A stretch of DNA of 63,960 nucleotides, filler included, from Reticulomyxa filosa (GCA_000512085.1; 16 parts of 16 records of this genome joined end to end with filler, not necessarily neighbours in it); one strand, 5' to 3'; positions 36,124 to 49,154 are shown, numbered from the whole stretch's first letter. The notes: generated by a model from the letters alone, not told the origin. Numbers and translations are program-made.

Positions 36124-36873
36124 CAAAAAATACTACTTAAAAGTAATAATAATAAATACATTTTTCGCTTTTAAATTTTCAAAATACATATAAAATTAAC
36201 TTTGTATAACTTTTTTGACAATCTAGAAAAAATTTATTTTTGAAACGCATTGATTTGAAAAGTGATTGCAGTTGTATTATCTTTTGTTTTTTAACTCCTT
36301 GCTTGTATAAAGAAAAAGTCTCTTTGCATTTGGCACTGTCACCACATTTGTAACTTGGGCTCATTAAACCAGAATACAACTTACAAATGCAATTTTTTGA
36401 CTTATCTGCAGTAGACAAGACAAAAAATTGTGTACTACAAAATAGTTGATTTTCTCCACGAAAAATCAAAACTTGAACGTAATTTTTTGAAGTATAAAAT
36501 AAAAAATGGCACCATTTAAAACTCTGGCACTTGTCAATATTCCTTAAAAAAATGTGATGTTTTATAAGAAAATTACTGCTTTGGATATTTTTTTTCTTCT
36601 ACTACTTCTCCATGATAAGACGGGCAATTAAAATTGTTTTGGTGATGGGTTTAGACCCAATGAATGCATTTGCTTTTGTACTAAATTTTAGCGAATAAAT
36701 AGGTAGAGAAAAAAAGTACACATCGTATTTTCACAATTTTTAAACGTGAAAAATTTGAAATAATACTCATAAAAAAAGTGACCCTTGGTCCACAACCCGA
36801 ATAAGTTTGGCAGAGAGAAACGCTGGCAGGCACATATTGTTTTTAATTCAAAGCCAAAGAAATCCATAATTAC

Positions 36874-37738
36874 ATGGTTTTAGTTGCATCACGAGCAGGT
36901 TTTACGAGCGCGTACGCGTTTGTAGTGACAGTAGTGACAGGAGGGGTAGCATTCGTATACGAAACATGGCTACTGTATTTGTGCTGGTACTTCTTTTGGA
37001 AAAGCGTAGAAAATACGGTGCTGCCTTCCAAAACGAGCGAAGAGGATGAAAGTACAAGTGAAGAGATAAAGCGATTCGATATGGTTCAAAAAGTAGACAA
37101 AAAGATTAAGGTGTTGGTATGTATAATAATAATAGTATCCATAATATTTACAGTAAGCTGTGTTGTCGAGTTATGCATATATGGATTTTTAGAGGTTGGC
37201 ACTATTTGTCCATACGCTTGGCATTCCTTTTTTTTTTCGAATGTTGCACGTATATTGTTGTATTTTTTTTATGCGGTGAGATTGGATATCGTGTTTAAAA
37301 ACACCGCGTACCAACTTTCAAAGCCCTTCCGCAGATCCATCTATTCGGTTCTCTTTGCCACTGGTGTCGTTTATTTTGCGTATGTAGGATATGCATCGCG
37401 CATTTGCACCAAGGATGCTGTCGAGACATTGCTGAGTGTTATTACTGTCTTCTTCGATGCCATTTGCAATATTGGCTTATTTTATTTGTTTATTTCCGGC
37501 GTTTGGTGTTTTTTTTTTTTTTGGAAAAACATTCAGTATATAAAACGAATATACGTTCTTTTTCTTGGCTCACGTATACGCCATCTTTATATATGTATCC
37601 GCAGAACAAAATAATATTTAATTGTTTTTTTGAGAAAAATTTTTTTTTGAAATTATGTATAGCTCAAACCAAAGTATCTTAACAATGAAATGCAAAACAA
37701 GTGAGCATCCTTGTAAAGAAATTATTGACGCTGTACAC
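36874..37738 (+). CDS. Seven-transmembrane GPCR-like protein, 3' end off contig
   Basis: Five TM segments are visible. The motif YAVRLDIVFKNTAY parallels WLERLRRVFKTSIF in the 16630 gene. Confidence 0.65.
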
Positions 37739-37870
37739 NNNNNNNNNNNNNNNNNNNNNNNNNNNNNNNNNNNNNNNNNNNNTTAATTAATTAANNNNNN
37801 NNNNNNNNNNNNNNNNNNNNNNNNNNNNNNNNNNNNNNGTATATATATGTATATAATGTGATTGCTTAGA

Positions 37871-38957
37871 GTGCATTTGCTGTGGATGGACATAAATTGG
37901 CAACACGTAATTGAACAAAGCGTGGACTTGGATGGCTACAAATTGAGAGAAAAGGAAAAAGAATTACAACAAGAGATTAAGCTATTGCAGGCACAAAAAC
38001 AGCAAGTGTTTTCTGGGGTAAGCCTTTATTGATCTATTATTTTTTTTTTTTTAATGTGCACGTCTATCGTGTCTGATAATGAAGACAATATATACAAACA
38101 AATAAAGGATGTTCCAGTTTGCTATTGCAACAACGAAATGGTGTTGGAAGCAGCGTCTGATTGTTATGACAAAGCAATCCCCGTTATATGTAATATTTGT
38201 AACAAACAAATAACAGGTATGACACAAGTGTGGCATTGTGCATCGAGTATAAACAGTGACAAACATTCCAGTGGCTATGACATTTGTTTGGAGTGTGTGG
38301 AAAAGTGCAAAGTTTAGTTGTTTTTTTTTTATGCTCTGATCTTTTGTCTCTTTTATTGTCAGAGCATCCCACCATCGTGTAAGTAACAAAAAAAAAAAAA
38401 AGGAGTTTCATCAAAGAGAAAGGAAATGGTTTGCAAGTGATTTGATCCAACAAAAGCAACTAAAAAAACGCTCATTGGAGAAATTGATTGATCGTTACAA
38501 CCATCACATGAAGGAAGTGGAGCAATTTTATTTGGCATTGGTGGAGGATGGAGATCCAAACCTCGTCACAATGTTACGCCGCGCCATTCAAGACAAAGAC
38601 ACACAAATTCATACTGCGAACATTCATTCGTTGATTCTGAAATCCGGCCTTTACAAGCACAGTGTATTGCGAAACTTCAACCGCGCCGGCGTATATTATC
38701 ACATCTCTCCATTTTTACTCGGGCGGTTAGCAAGCAGGATCATGGACTTTATCTCGCGTTCCGATTGGAGTCCTTCCCTCGGCGAACAATTAAAAATATA
38801 TGTATGGAGTGCAGGAGGTTAACATTACTTTCTTTTTATTGCATATGCATATATATATACATATATTTGTATGTACATATATTTATATGTACCAATATTT
38901 ATATGTACAAATATTTATATGTACAAATATTTATATGTATGCATGTATCTGTGTGGT

Positions 38958-38993
<36 letters not shown>

Positions 38994-40241
38994 TTTTTTC
39001 TTTCCTGCGGCGAGCCAAATACGACAGATGACAAAGATAACACAAGCAAAACAATCTTTGAATACTGTATTGAAAATGCCCGTGTTCGTGGTTTAAATGT
39101 TGCCATATTTTTACGATTGGTAAATTTCTTTTATTACTCCTGCAAACCGAACCTCCAAGTTATATTTTCCGATACGATTTCCAATGACTTTTCCCTGCTC
39201 GAAATTGACAACGAAACAACGCAAAGAGCCTCCTCTTTTTTGATCATTCCTCTCAAGTACGGCGAGCGCTTTTTCGCAATTCGCCAAGCCGTTCTGGAAC
39301 AGTACTTACTGAAGGGAATCCCCCCGAGGATGTTGACCAAAAAAATGCATGACAAGTCACAAGACCGTGGAGACAAATCGGTCTTTCCCCGTTCCAACCC
39401 CATTTTCCGAGGGATTAGCAGTGGAGATGTGTCGGAATTGCTTCTGACGACGGCCGGAAAAAAAGAAAGGACACGACGATTGACTAATGCCAATAGTGCG
39501 CTGTTATCGATGAACAGCTCATCTGCGATCGATGAAACGACTCCTGGAGAAAGAAAATTGGAGTTGATATTTTCTATTCGACTTTGGCATAATGTTGGCT
39601 TTGAGGAATTGCAATTGCTGATGGCCGTGTTGGATGGACAACATCCTCAATGCAATGTTGAACAGATCAATCAATTGGACAATCTGATTGTGCGATTGGG
39701 CATGGACAACGCGCTCAATGACTATTTGGAACACACAATGAAAGATCGGGAGAGCATCGAAAACACAGAGGAAAAAAATTCGACCGAGGCCAAATTACTT
39801 GTGCGGAGCTACGAAAAATTCGTGTACGAGAATTTGGATTGGCATCTGACGCCGCAGACGGGGAGCAAATCTGCTGTCATTAGCTTGGAAGATTTGCGTA
39901 TATTTGGAATCGAATCTTTGGAAATGACATTGGGATTGGAATGTTCCATTTCAGAGTCCAGTTCGATGCAGCCGCAACGCTATCTCAGTCGATTTGCATC
40001 CACGTCTGAGTATGGAGTCGGTGCCGGAGCAACTGCCATCACTTCTCCAAGAGACATATATACTGCAGAAATGTTCCATAATATCGACCCAGATAGTGCT
40101 CTTTCCCTCAACAAGGAAGTGTGTGAGCTCTTTTTTTCAGATGGAGTCTGGAATACCTGGCCAATACCTGCGGCTACCATTCGTGTAAATTATATGTGTA
40201 TATGTATACGTATTTTTGTCTTGGTGTAGATATTGAGCTTA

Positions 40242-40276
<35 letters not shown>

Positions 40277-41131
40277 TGTTGTTCTTGTACACATTTCAAA
40301 AGGCCAATGAGATTGCAGAGCGTAGGCTGACTAGAAAAAATCTGTCTTTGAAAACGATTCCTCAGTTTTCGCCCTTTCAAATCCGACAACTCTGCTTTGT
40401 CGTCACTTGTCCAAGCCAATGCAAAGAAGTCAAAATTCGAGATTTAAGTATTCTCATCAAATTCTGGGGGGCTCCGTCTCCTGCCGTTGTCAAAGTTTTA
40501 ATGAAACAATTTGAAGAAATCGAAAATCAACACAAAGCATTGGCACAAGCGGAGTTCTTGTAAGCACCTCTCTTTTAAAAACAATTTTTGCCCAATGTTT
40601 TTTGGAGGGATCAAACTGGCTCCTTTTTTTTTTTTTTTTTTTTTTGTACGTAACAAAGGCCTTCGGTTATGAACAAAACGTGGATTCCAAGATCTGTGTT
40701 GAAAGTTTCAACAACGAAACCATTCCAAGGAGACGAAACAGGTTTGTTTACAATAGTATCTTTGCATTGTTTGTTTGGGCTTTAAAAAAGTTTAAAGTAA
40801 CAAATACGTACTTACAGCATTGTCGGGAAGAATTGATGATAATCTAATGAATGACAAGTTCGAGACGACTCGAAGGAGAGTAATACTGCAACTGGGACTG
40901 AGTTACTTTTGTATGATTTGATTACTTTAACACTCTCTTTTTTTTTTTTATCTGAGAATATATTTTGTGGATAATACAGAGGAAGCACATAAGCATGTAT
41001 TTTATCGATCGTTACAATTATTCCACGTTCCAGACATGTTTAAAGAAGTAATGGCAAGAGAGAGCCAAATGATCAGAGAATTTGTTCTTGAAAGTGTTGC
41101 TGATTATATTTTGCCCGCAATTGCAACTGAG
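37871..41131 (+). CDS. Large multi-exon hypothetical protein with a Cys/His zinc-finger-like exon; both ends off contig
   Basis: A chain of GT-AG-bounded open frames. The exon at ~38108-38310 encodes CYC...CNIC...WHC...H...YDICLEC (ZZ/C1-like), and there is a long exon at ~38992-40185. Confidence 0.6.
38871..38940. repeat. Intronic 16-bp tandem repeat (ATATTTATATGTACAA), about 4 copies
   Basis: The tandem units are directly visible in the sequence. Confidence 0.75.
40241..40276. repeat. Intronic (GT)n microsatellite
   Basis: A directly visible TG run. Confidence 0.9.
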
Positions 41132-41327
41132 GTAATGCACTTTTTTCCTTTTATTGGCTTTAAAAAAAAACAACAGGGAATAGGATCTGTCATTTGAATG
41201 TGTCTCATTCTTTTTTTTTTTTTCTCTNNNNNNNNNNNNNNNNNNNNNNNNNNNNNNNNNNNNNNNNNNNNTTAATTAATTAANNNNNNNNNNNNNNNNN
41301 NNNNNNNNNNNNNNNNNNNNNNNNNNN

Positions 41328-41954
41328 ATGCCCAAAGATATCAAGTCCAGAATTGTATTACTGTTTCATCCGTCATTGTACAAAATGAATTACATTCTGG
41401 AATTGATGCTTTATTGCGAGTTATTTTCTCCACTCTGTTTCTTTGTTTTCTCTTTTTTACACACCAATTTAAAAAAAAAAAAAAAGCTGGGCGCAAATGA
41501 AAAAGACATAATCATATTTACTTTTATTGCATCTCGAGCTGCTTTGGTGGCGTTGGCGGAGCGCTTTGCTCAAATTCACGTGTGGTGTGTTTGTGTCGAT
41601 GCTGTCAAACACGGAAAACTCACTCCAGGCATTGGAAGCTTTAAACACAGATACAAATACGTCAATTTGAAAAAATCCAAACAAAAGCAAACACAACCAA
41701 CCAGTGGCGAGGACAAGGAGAAAACCAAGGACAAAACAGAAGGAAGTCCGGCTGATAATCCCAAAAAAAATGGCAATGACACTCCGGTAGAACCGGAAGT
41801 TAAAAATGAAGGTGACAAAGAGCAGGACATGGAAACTGAAATGCGAAGTGAAAACTTCGTTGAGGTTGACAATAAGTTAAAAGAACCAGATGAAAGGAAA
41901 GAGTTAGAACTTGTTCCTCCATCCTCTAATTCTACCACGGCTCAAGAGAGATAA
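41328..41954 (+). CDS. Uracil phosphoribosyltransferase-like C-terminal domain (probably inactive) with charged tail; 5' part off contig
   Basis: PKDIKSRIVLLFHP...LGANEKDIIIFTFIAS...AERFAQIHV...LTPGIGSFKHRY aligns by eye with UPRT PxDIxxRxVLLLDP...IVPGLGDFGDRY. Confidence 0.7.
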   Translation: MPKDIKSRIVLLFHPSLYKMNYILELMLYCELFSPLCFFVFSFLHTNLKKKKKLGANEKDIIIFTFIASRAALVALAERFAQIHVWCVCVDAVKHGKLTPGIGSFKHRYKYVNLKKSKQKQTQPTSGEDKEKTKDKTEGSPADNPKKNGNDTPVEPEVKNEGDKEQDMETEMRSENFVEVDNKLKEPDERKELELVPPSSNSTTAQER

Positions 41955-42684
41955 CAGTTCCAAAAAGGAATACAAGAAGTGTTTTTTTGGTTGTAACGAC
42001 TTTTCGTAGGTTTTTTGTTTTTTCTTCAATTGTTTGGTTGGGACGAAGAAATATAAAAACAAGATGGAGAAAGTAAGATATAAAAAAATGTACTGCCACA
42101 AAATTTCCGTAAATTTTTTACCCATCACAAAAATAATTGAAAATAAAATCATGAAATTTCTAGATTATCAAATTTTGTATAAATGTTTTGGCAGCAAGGA
42201 GTGATTTGTTGTTGAGAATCATATATTATAATTTGTTCTTTCAAACCATTTGCTTCAGTAAAAAGGTGCAATTATCTAAAATCACTTGTATATAATGTCT
42301 AAGCCATTAAAATAAAACATAAATTTCGGCAAAAAAACAAAAATATTTTGATAAGCATAGGCACTATCTGTCTTCCATCACAAGTTTGAAGAAATAGCAC
42401 GAACAGCCTATCGACATCTCCTTTTGTTTTTAACAAAACATGGTCTGAGAGCAAACAATACAAAAATGTAGTTGATAAATTTGACAAACAAAAAAAATGA
42501 AAGATTTATCTATTATTCGATTTACAATGTATTTATCACTGCTTATGAAAAGAAATTAAAACAAAAAAAGAAGAAGTCCAAAGCAAAACAATAAAAATCA
42601 CACAAAGTAGGGCAAAGAAAGATAAAAAAGAAATAAAGCGTTATTATGAAACAAAACCAGTTGAAACGTCTAAACAAACTTACA

Positions 42685-43814
42685 TTACAAATTGCGAAGT
42701 TTGTGAGTTATTTCTTGATCTATACATATTTCCTGCATGGCGAGTCTAATGCAATGATCAACATCCAAATTTTTAAAGCCATTTCTCGCAATCACATTTT
42801 CTCCAAACTTCATGGCAATAACATCGAGTCTTATTGCTCTGTCGTTGCAACTCTTGTCTTGTGGATACAGAGTTTTTTTGCTATTGGATTGTTTGCGGTT
42901 GAGAAGTGGAATCAAAAAGTTTAATTTGGATAGATCAATCGTTTTAAGGAAAAACATTATTTGTTCAGAGTTCATTGCCAGCAATTCGTTTTGATAGAAA
43001 ATGAGTATGGACAATCCCATCTTTAGAACGAAGGTAATATCCATATGCTGAGCGCCAATCAAAACATCCCACACTCGTAAAGTTAAATACTCACACGAGT
43101 CTACGTTTTCATGACTTTCGTCATTCCTTTCATTGTCAGGCAAATTTTCACTTGTGTCATATGTGAACAGTGCATGAAACCAAAAATGGCACAGTAGCGG
43201 GATAATATTTAAATCCTGAATCAAATGCTTTGAGAGTGCGGGAAGCAAACATTTCTTGCACATTTTTGCAAAAGCATCGCATATAACAGAAAATCTATAC
43301 AAGATTCACATTTAAATAAGAGATTGACATTTTAATTGTAAGTAAAAAAAAAATAAAATACAAACCCAGGAACTCCTTCAATAAACAAGGAACGGATTTT
43401 TGATAATACAAATGCGAATAACCAAAAACTTTGTTCTTCCAATTCGTCAATACAAGAAATGTCCAATTTTGGACTAGCGTCATCTTTGTTGACATTATTT
43501 GTGTTTTGTGAATGGTCTTGATGTTCGAGTGTTGGCATCTGTTTATTATTTGCCGATTTAGAAGTGCTATTTAACGTTTGTTTGTCATTGTCGATATGGT
43601 CGTGGATTGCTTGTCTTATGCCTTTCTTGTAGACTTGACTTTGCTTTAAAATAAAGGCGGCAATAAAGTTCATTCCTTGACAATACCCCATTGTTGGGTC
43701 CAACATTGCATATGCTATACATATATGTATACATATATATAGTTAATGTACCGTTTCCTTTCTCGGCTAATGAACGTGCCATCTTATTGCAAAGATGTGA
43801 CCTTCCTCCTCCTC
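42685..43814 (-). CDS. TBC-domain Rab GTPase-activating protein, 3' part
   Basis: Contains YAMLDPTMGYCQGMNFIAAFIL, EEQSFWLF, WFHALFT and LRVWDVL. Confidence 0.88.
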
Positions 43815-43914
43815 NNNNNNNNNNNNNNNNNNNNNNNNNNNNNNNNNNNNNNNNNNNNTTAATTAATTAANNNNNNNNNNNNNNNNNNNNNNNNNNNNNN
43901 NNNNNNNNNNNNNN

Positions 43915-45209
43915 CCTCCTCCTCCTGGAACGATGATGACGAGCCGGACACACCGGAGTGCGAGGAAAATCGATCAGAATCGGAGTGGTCAAAGTTGGAG
44001 CTTGCATGGTACTGCATGTCGTCGTTAAGGTATTTGCCTTGCATCGTAATGAAATCAGGAGCGTCTCTGAGTACAGAAAACACCTCTTTGATGATATCGT
44101 AGTACGTGCATATTCTCTTGTTGTTTTTACGCAGTTTGAAGAAGCAATGCAAAGCAAGTGCTTCGAACGCAGAGCTGTTCAGACACTTGTCGGTTCGTAT
44201 CAATTTAGTAGTGGAAGGCTCAGTAATAAAGGAAGTCCACCCTTTTAGAAATACAATGCAATTGTGACACTTTTGCGAGATCACTCTCAAGTCGGGACGC
44301 AACAGCACAGCTTTTAGGATCTCTTTGATCGCGTGGCTCGAATCTTCGCCAAAGTCACTCTCAATGTCACACTCCGAAAGTAAGTTGTCGCATATATTGA
44401 CTAGCTCTGTTTTCGGCTCCATCTTGTATACGTGCGTGCTCTGACCTTTGCAATTGAACGACAACAAGTCCACTCGCTTGTGTGTGAAACACATGTTGAT
44501 TTTTATTGGCATGCTATCCCAATGGATTAACAGCCTACACTTTTTGATATTTTCAGAGTACGACAGTACGCGATATTCCCTCCAGTTTCTTTGTTTTCTC
44601 ACTTTTTCTTGGACCCATTCGTACACTTGATCGTAATGGCACTTTTCTTGAGGGCCATCGAACACTAAAAATAAGTTTACATTCTCCTTCCCTTTCATTG
44701 ATAGCTCTGTCAATATGCTGCCTCCAATAAATGCTCCGTACACCTTGTCTCCCCATGGGCACTGGTCTTGCATATTTTTCTCTTTCGTACTTTGTGACAA
44801 CAGGTAGATTAGAAGGTCGTTTGTTATTGCGTACATCCGATCCAACGTTTCTTTGTCGCTTTTTATCTTTTGCAAATTCTCCTCAAGCATTTCAAACTTT
44901 TTGTTTATTCATTCGTTTTATTTTTTTTTTTTCAGGCAATTCCTTTCAAAAATTAATAAATAAATAAAAAGATTAACATATTCAACAACAAGCTTGTCAA
45001 AATCCTGGATCCAACCTATTTTAATGTTTAATATTCGAATCCAATGCTTGATAATTATTTGGATCTCCTCTTCTTCTAACTGGCTCAACCACAAGCACAA
45101 ACCACACAACAAAACATTCTAAAGACGGTCAGCTTTTAAAAAGATTTTTTATCTCTCTAATATGAACAACTACTTGAGCTTTTTTCTTTATTTTTTTTTT
45201 TCTAGACAT
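43915..45209 (-). CDS. OAS/CD-NTase-like nucleotidyltransferase-fold protein with the WD40-family N-terminal module (predicted exons 45209-45174, 45079-44978, 44896-43915); 3' end off contig
   Basis: GGSILTELSMKGKENVNLFLVF has the same spacing as OAS GGSxxxxTxLRGxSDADL. Further matches are RVDLL, CIVFLKGW, SSAFEALAL and IIKEVFSVL. The upstream exons join in frame through GT-AG introns. Confidence 0.65.
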
Positions 45210-45949
45210 GAAAAATGACACTAGAGAAAAAAAATTCACTGAAACGGTCTAAGGAGAAAAAAAAAAAAAAAGAAAAAGAGAAGAACATACAATTAAGCAA
45301 ATTCCAAATTATCACGAAAAGTGAACAATCCAGAAAAAACATATATATAAACTATCTTGAGAGTTTTTGAAGAAATTTGATATATTGAAAAATATTGAAT
45401 ATTTTGTCTTAGCACTGTTCAAGTAGCTGATAATGAAGAATGAGCGAAAATAGTGGTTATTTTTAAACAAATTCACTAAAAAGTGCTTAAAGCTTACAAA
45501 ATATTGAAGACGATTTTATTTGTCGAAATGCGATGTTTTATGACAATTAAGGCAAAAATATGGCAATGCTTATTACTTTTCGATTAATTTAGTGGCCTTA
45601 AATGCCATCATTCTTATTTTTAAAATAATAAATAATTTTTTTTAGTCATAAAAAACATTAATTGAATAAATTGTTTATTTGTTTTGATTACTTAAATTTT
45701 TTTATACATTTTGAAAATACTTTAAAAAAAATGGTAAATTTCATAACTATGAAATAAAAATTGCATTTAAAGATAGTTCCTTCAAAATTTATTTCATCTA
45801 CCAATTTCATAATAATTTTATCAAAATCATCAATCTATCCTAGTTTTATTTCTGAAATTCGAATCTAATATTGAATAATAAATTTCATTTTGACTTTTCA
45901 TTATTTATCATTTATTATTTGTCAACAATATAATTTATTTGTGATTCAT

Positions 45950-46480
45950 CAAAACAAATAAGTAAATAAACAAATCATTACCAATTGCGAGTGATCCCAT
46001 TCACGCACTTTAGTCTTCATATTAGTTGATACTTATTTCTTTATCATCTTTTCCTCCAATGATGTATATGATTATCTCATTCATTCAATATTGCAATACA
46101 ATCAGATAATTGACTGTGTAAAGTGTTTTCAAATGTTATCCATTTGCTTTCTCGCATTGAATACATATGCACTGATTTTGAAGTAATCCATTTATTATCA
46201 TTCCAAGCCAATCCACTAAAAAGTAAGATGATATCATTGATATGCAAATATGCGCAATGATAGGATACTTCAGTGCAATCACAAATAAGTAGTTGATAAG
46301 ACTGAAAGTATTGCTATCTTCATCATATTCAATTAATAGTCCTGTACTTTGGCAAAACAATAGTATTTGATAATTTTGTTTATTTGTTTTTATCATTTCC
46401 TGCTCTTGTTCTTGTCCATTTTTTGAATTTGATACAAAGCAGTGATAATTTATTACATTATCAGTTGGTAATCTACAGTA
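45950..46480 (-). pseudogene. Kelch/beta-propeller-family gene remnant
   Basis: Reads YHCFVSN, QILLFCQSTGLLIEYDEDSNTF and IYIIGGKD with frameshifts. It is similar to 61440-61930. Confidence 0.6.
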
Positions 46481-46580
46481 NNNNNNNNNNNNNNNNNNNN
46501 NNNNNNNNNNNNNNNNNNNNNNNNTTAATTAATTAANNNNNNNNNNNNNNNNNNNNNNNNNNNNNNNNNNNNNNNNNNNN

Positions 46581-47771
46581 CAAGATCAACAAGATCAATA
46601 CCAAAACCAAAATGCAGGTCAAGAAACGAGCAAGGAGTGGAATGACGACCTCGATCGCAGATCCACTTATACAAGCAGTTTGGATGACGACACCAATGGC
46701 AGTCTACATCGTCGGCAGAGTTCTGCATCAAGTGGACAGCGAGGAGGAATGGGAATAGTAGGAATTGGACCTGGAACAGGTGGCGTAGGCGCAGGACTGA
46801 CAGGAGTCTCATCATCATCATCATCACCATCATCATCAACAATGCAAGGAAATGTCGTATACAACGCACTCCCAGGGATCCCCGAAAATAATCAAATCAA
46901 CGCAGTGACCACATTGATTGATCCAACCAGACATCACGATTTGTCCACTGTCATCGAGCATCCAAGAGAAGGGTCCATTGACAACTCCTTCTCCGAGTCC
47001 CCTCTTCTTACTGAAAAAAAGTCTTCCCAAGCTCAAGAACAAGGGACTGACGTTGTTGTTGTCTCGTCTGATCACAGTTTCCTCCTTTTTTTTTTAAAAA
47101 AAAAAACAACTCTGTTTAGTTATTTTAATTTGCAAGAACGTGTATACGAAGGAAGGGGATGGGTCTCTTGTCACGTGTTGTAGAATCATCGCAGGCAAAT
47201 GAAAAGCCCAAAGATTCAAAACGCCGAGATTCAGTTTTTTTACAAAAAAAAAATAAATAAAATTTGTTCAATCCATTTTATTTACAAAATGGGACGGGTG
47301 GGTACATGTACATTACATGCAGTGTGAACTATTTACCTCCCCCCCTAAAAAAAAAAAAATTTTCAAACAAAACAGGTGGGGAGTCGGAAAGAAAAAACGA
47401 CAGACACAACACAAAAGCAAGAGCCACGAGGCAATGAGAAGCAAGGAAAAAAAGAGGAGGACGTGCGGAAAGTGGGAACTCCGAAAGAGCACTTGGGAAA
47501 AGACAACGAAGACAATCGCAAGGATGGTAGCAATGAGAAAAGAGAGAACAATGAGGATAAAGAGAGGAGCCGAGACGGACAAGAAGAAAAGACGGATGAA
47601 TTTGTTGAAGTATACGGAGACTTGGATTGGAAGACATCGTATACCGGAATCGTTCTCATCGGTTGTATGTGGTGGGTCGCTTTCCATTGTCTGTATTCTT
47701 TGGCAGCTGTTCAACATAGTTTGATGAATCACTTTGTTGACTTTTCAATGATGGATGTTATGTTTTGTTAA
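46581..47771 (+). CDS. Internal exons of a hypothetical protein (low-complexity and charged region followed by a TM segment)
   Basis: GC-richer open frames at 46680-47075 and 47375-47745 are separated by T/A-run introns. A hydrophobic stretch TGIVLIGCMWWVAFHCLYSLAAV follows. Confidence 0.5.
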
Positions 47772-49154
47772 TATATATGCATATATACATATATTATGTA
47801 TATATATTAACATTTTTTTTTTTTTGTTGTAACANNNNNNNNNNNNNNNNNNNNNNNNNNNNNNNNNNNNNNNNNNNNTTAATTAATTAANNNNNNNNNN
47901 NNNNNNNNNNNNNNNNNNNNNNNNNNNNNNNNNNGATAAAATGATTGAGCAACAATCATGTATCCAACAACAAGTTGACAATGACTGGATGGTGCAATAT
48001 CGACAACAACAAACAACGATGAATACTACGAGTATATTTGGAATTAATGTGGACTTGGTTAAAGCAAAAGTGATTAATAACCCAACGACTATAATTAAAA
48101 ATAATACAAGAAAACGTAAATTAAAAAATTTATATGATAATGAACTAAAGGAGGAACATATTAATTTTATTTGCACAACGTGCAATATAAAAACAATGGT
48201 AGTAAATGTATATTTAAAAAATGTATTGGATGATTTGTTGAATATCTTGGCTTTCATCTTTGTTTTGGCATTTTTGTTAGAGTCAGCTTTGAAGTTTCAC
48301 TTTAGTTTGCTTCGGCATTTTTGTCATGTGTCAGCTTTGTGTTTCATCTTAGTTTGTTCAGCATTTTTGTCATATGTAAGCTTTGATTGCCTAGTTATTG
48401 GAAGATGTTATTTTGATTTTTACACACTCTATGACATATTATATGTATGTTTATATTTATTTATTTATTTATTATACTTAATATAAATAATATAAAATAC
48501 CACAGGACGCAAAAAGAAAAACGAGAAATTGGACAGAAGACTCAAGGCGTGTATTTATTAAATTACTAGATGAAATGGAGATACAAGATGATGTTATTAA
48601 CCAATTGAAAAATTCGTTACAAGACCAAGAAAATCAAATAAAAATAATAACAAAGGAACTATATGACATAACCGCAATGTATCAATATCATAAAAATAAA
48701 GAAGGCTTTGTGAATAAAATTAAAAATTTAATTCTTCAATTTTTTGGTTTTTAGTTCTGATTGTCATTCCAATTAATGTAGAGTTTTTTTTGGGGAAACA
48801 AGTTACATACGTAATTATCAATTTTTTTTGTAAAACTGTTTTAGTCTAAGAGTCCCAAATTCTTGTGTAAATATTTCTTTATCATTTCCCCCTTTTGAGC
48901 AACTTTTTTGTTGTATATTTTTATTTTTTTTTGTATTTGGAATTGAAATTAAATGTTGTTCTCTATTTTCATTTTTTCAACATATCACATTTTTTGAATA
49001 GTTTGCAAGTGTCTCTGTACGGAATGTAAGGAGTGTTCAACAAATACAAAAATAAATTGATTGTAATAAGCGGTAAAAAAAAAATTTTTGGAGTAATAAA
49101 AAAATTGAAACGTGGACAAGTTGTTCAGTTTTTTACTTCAAAAAAATATCAATC

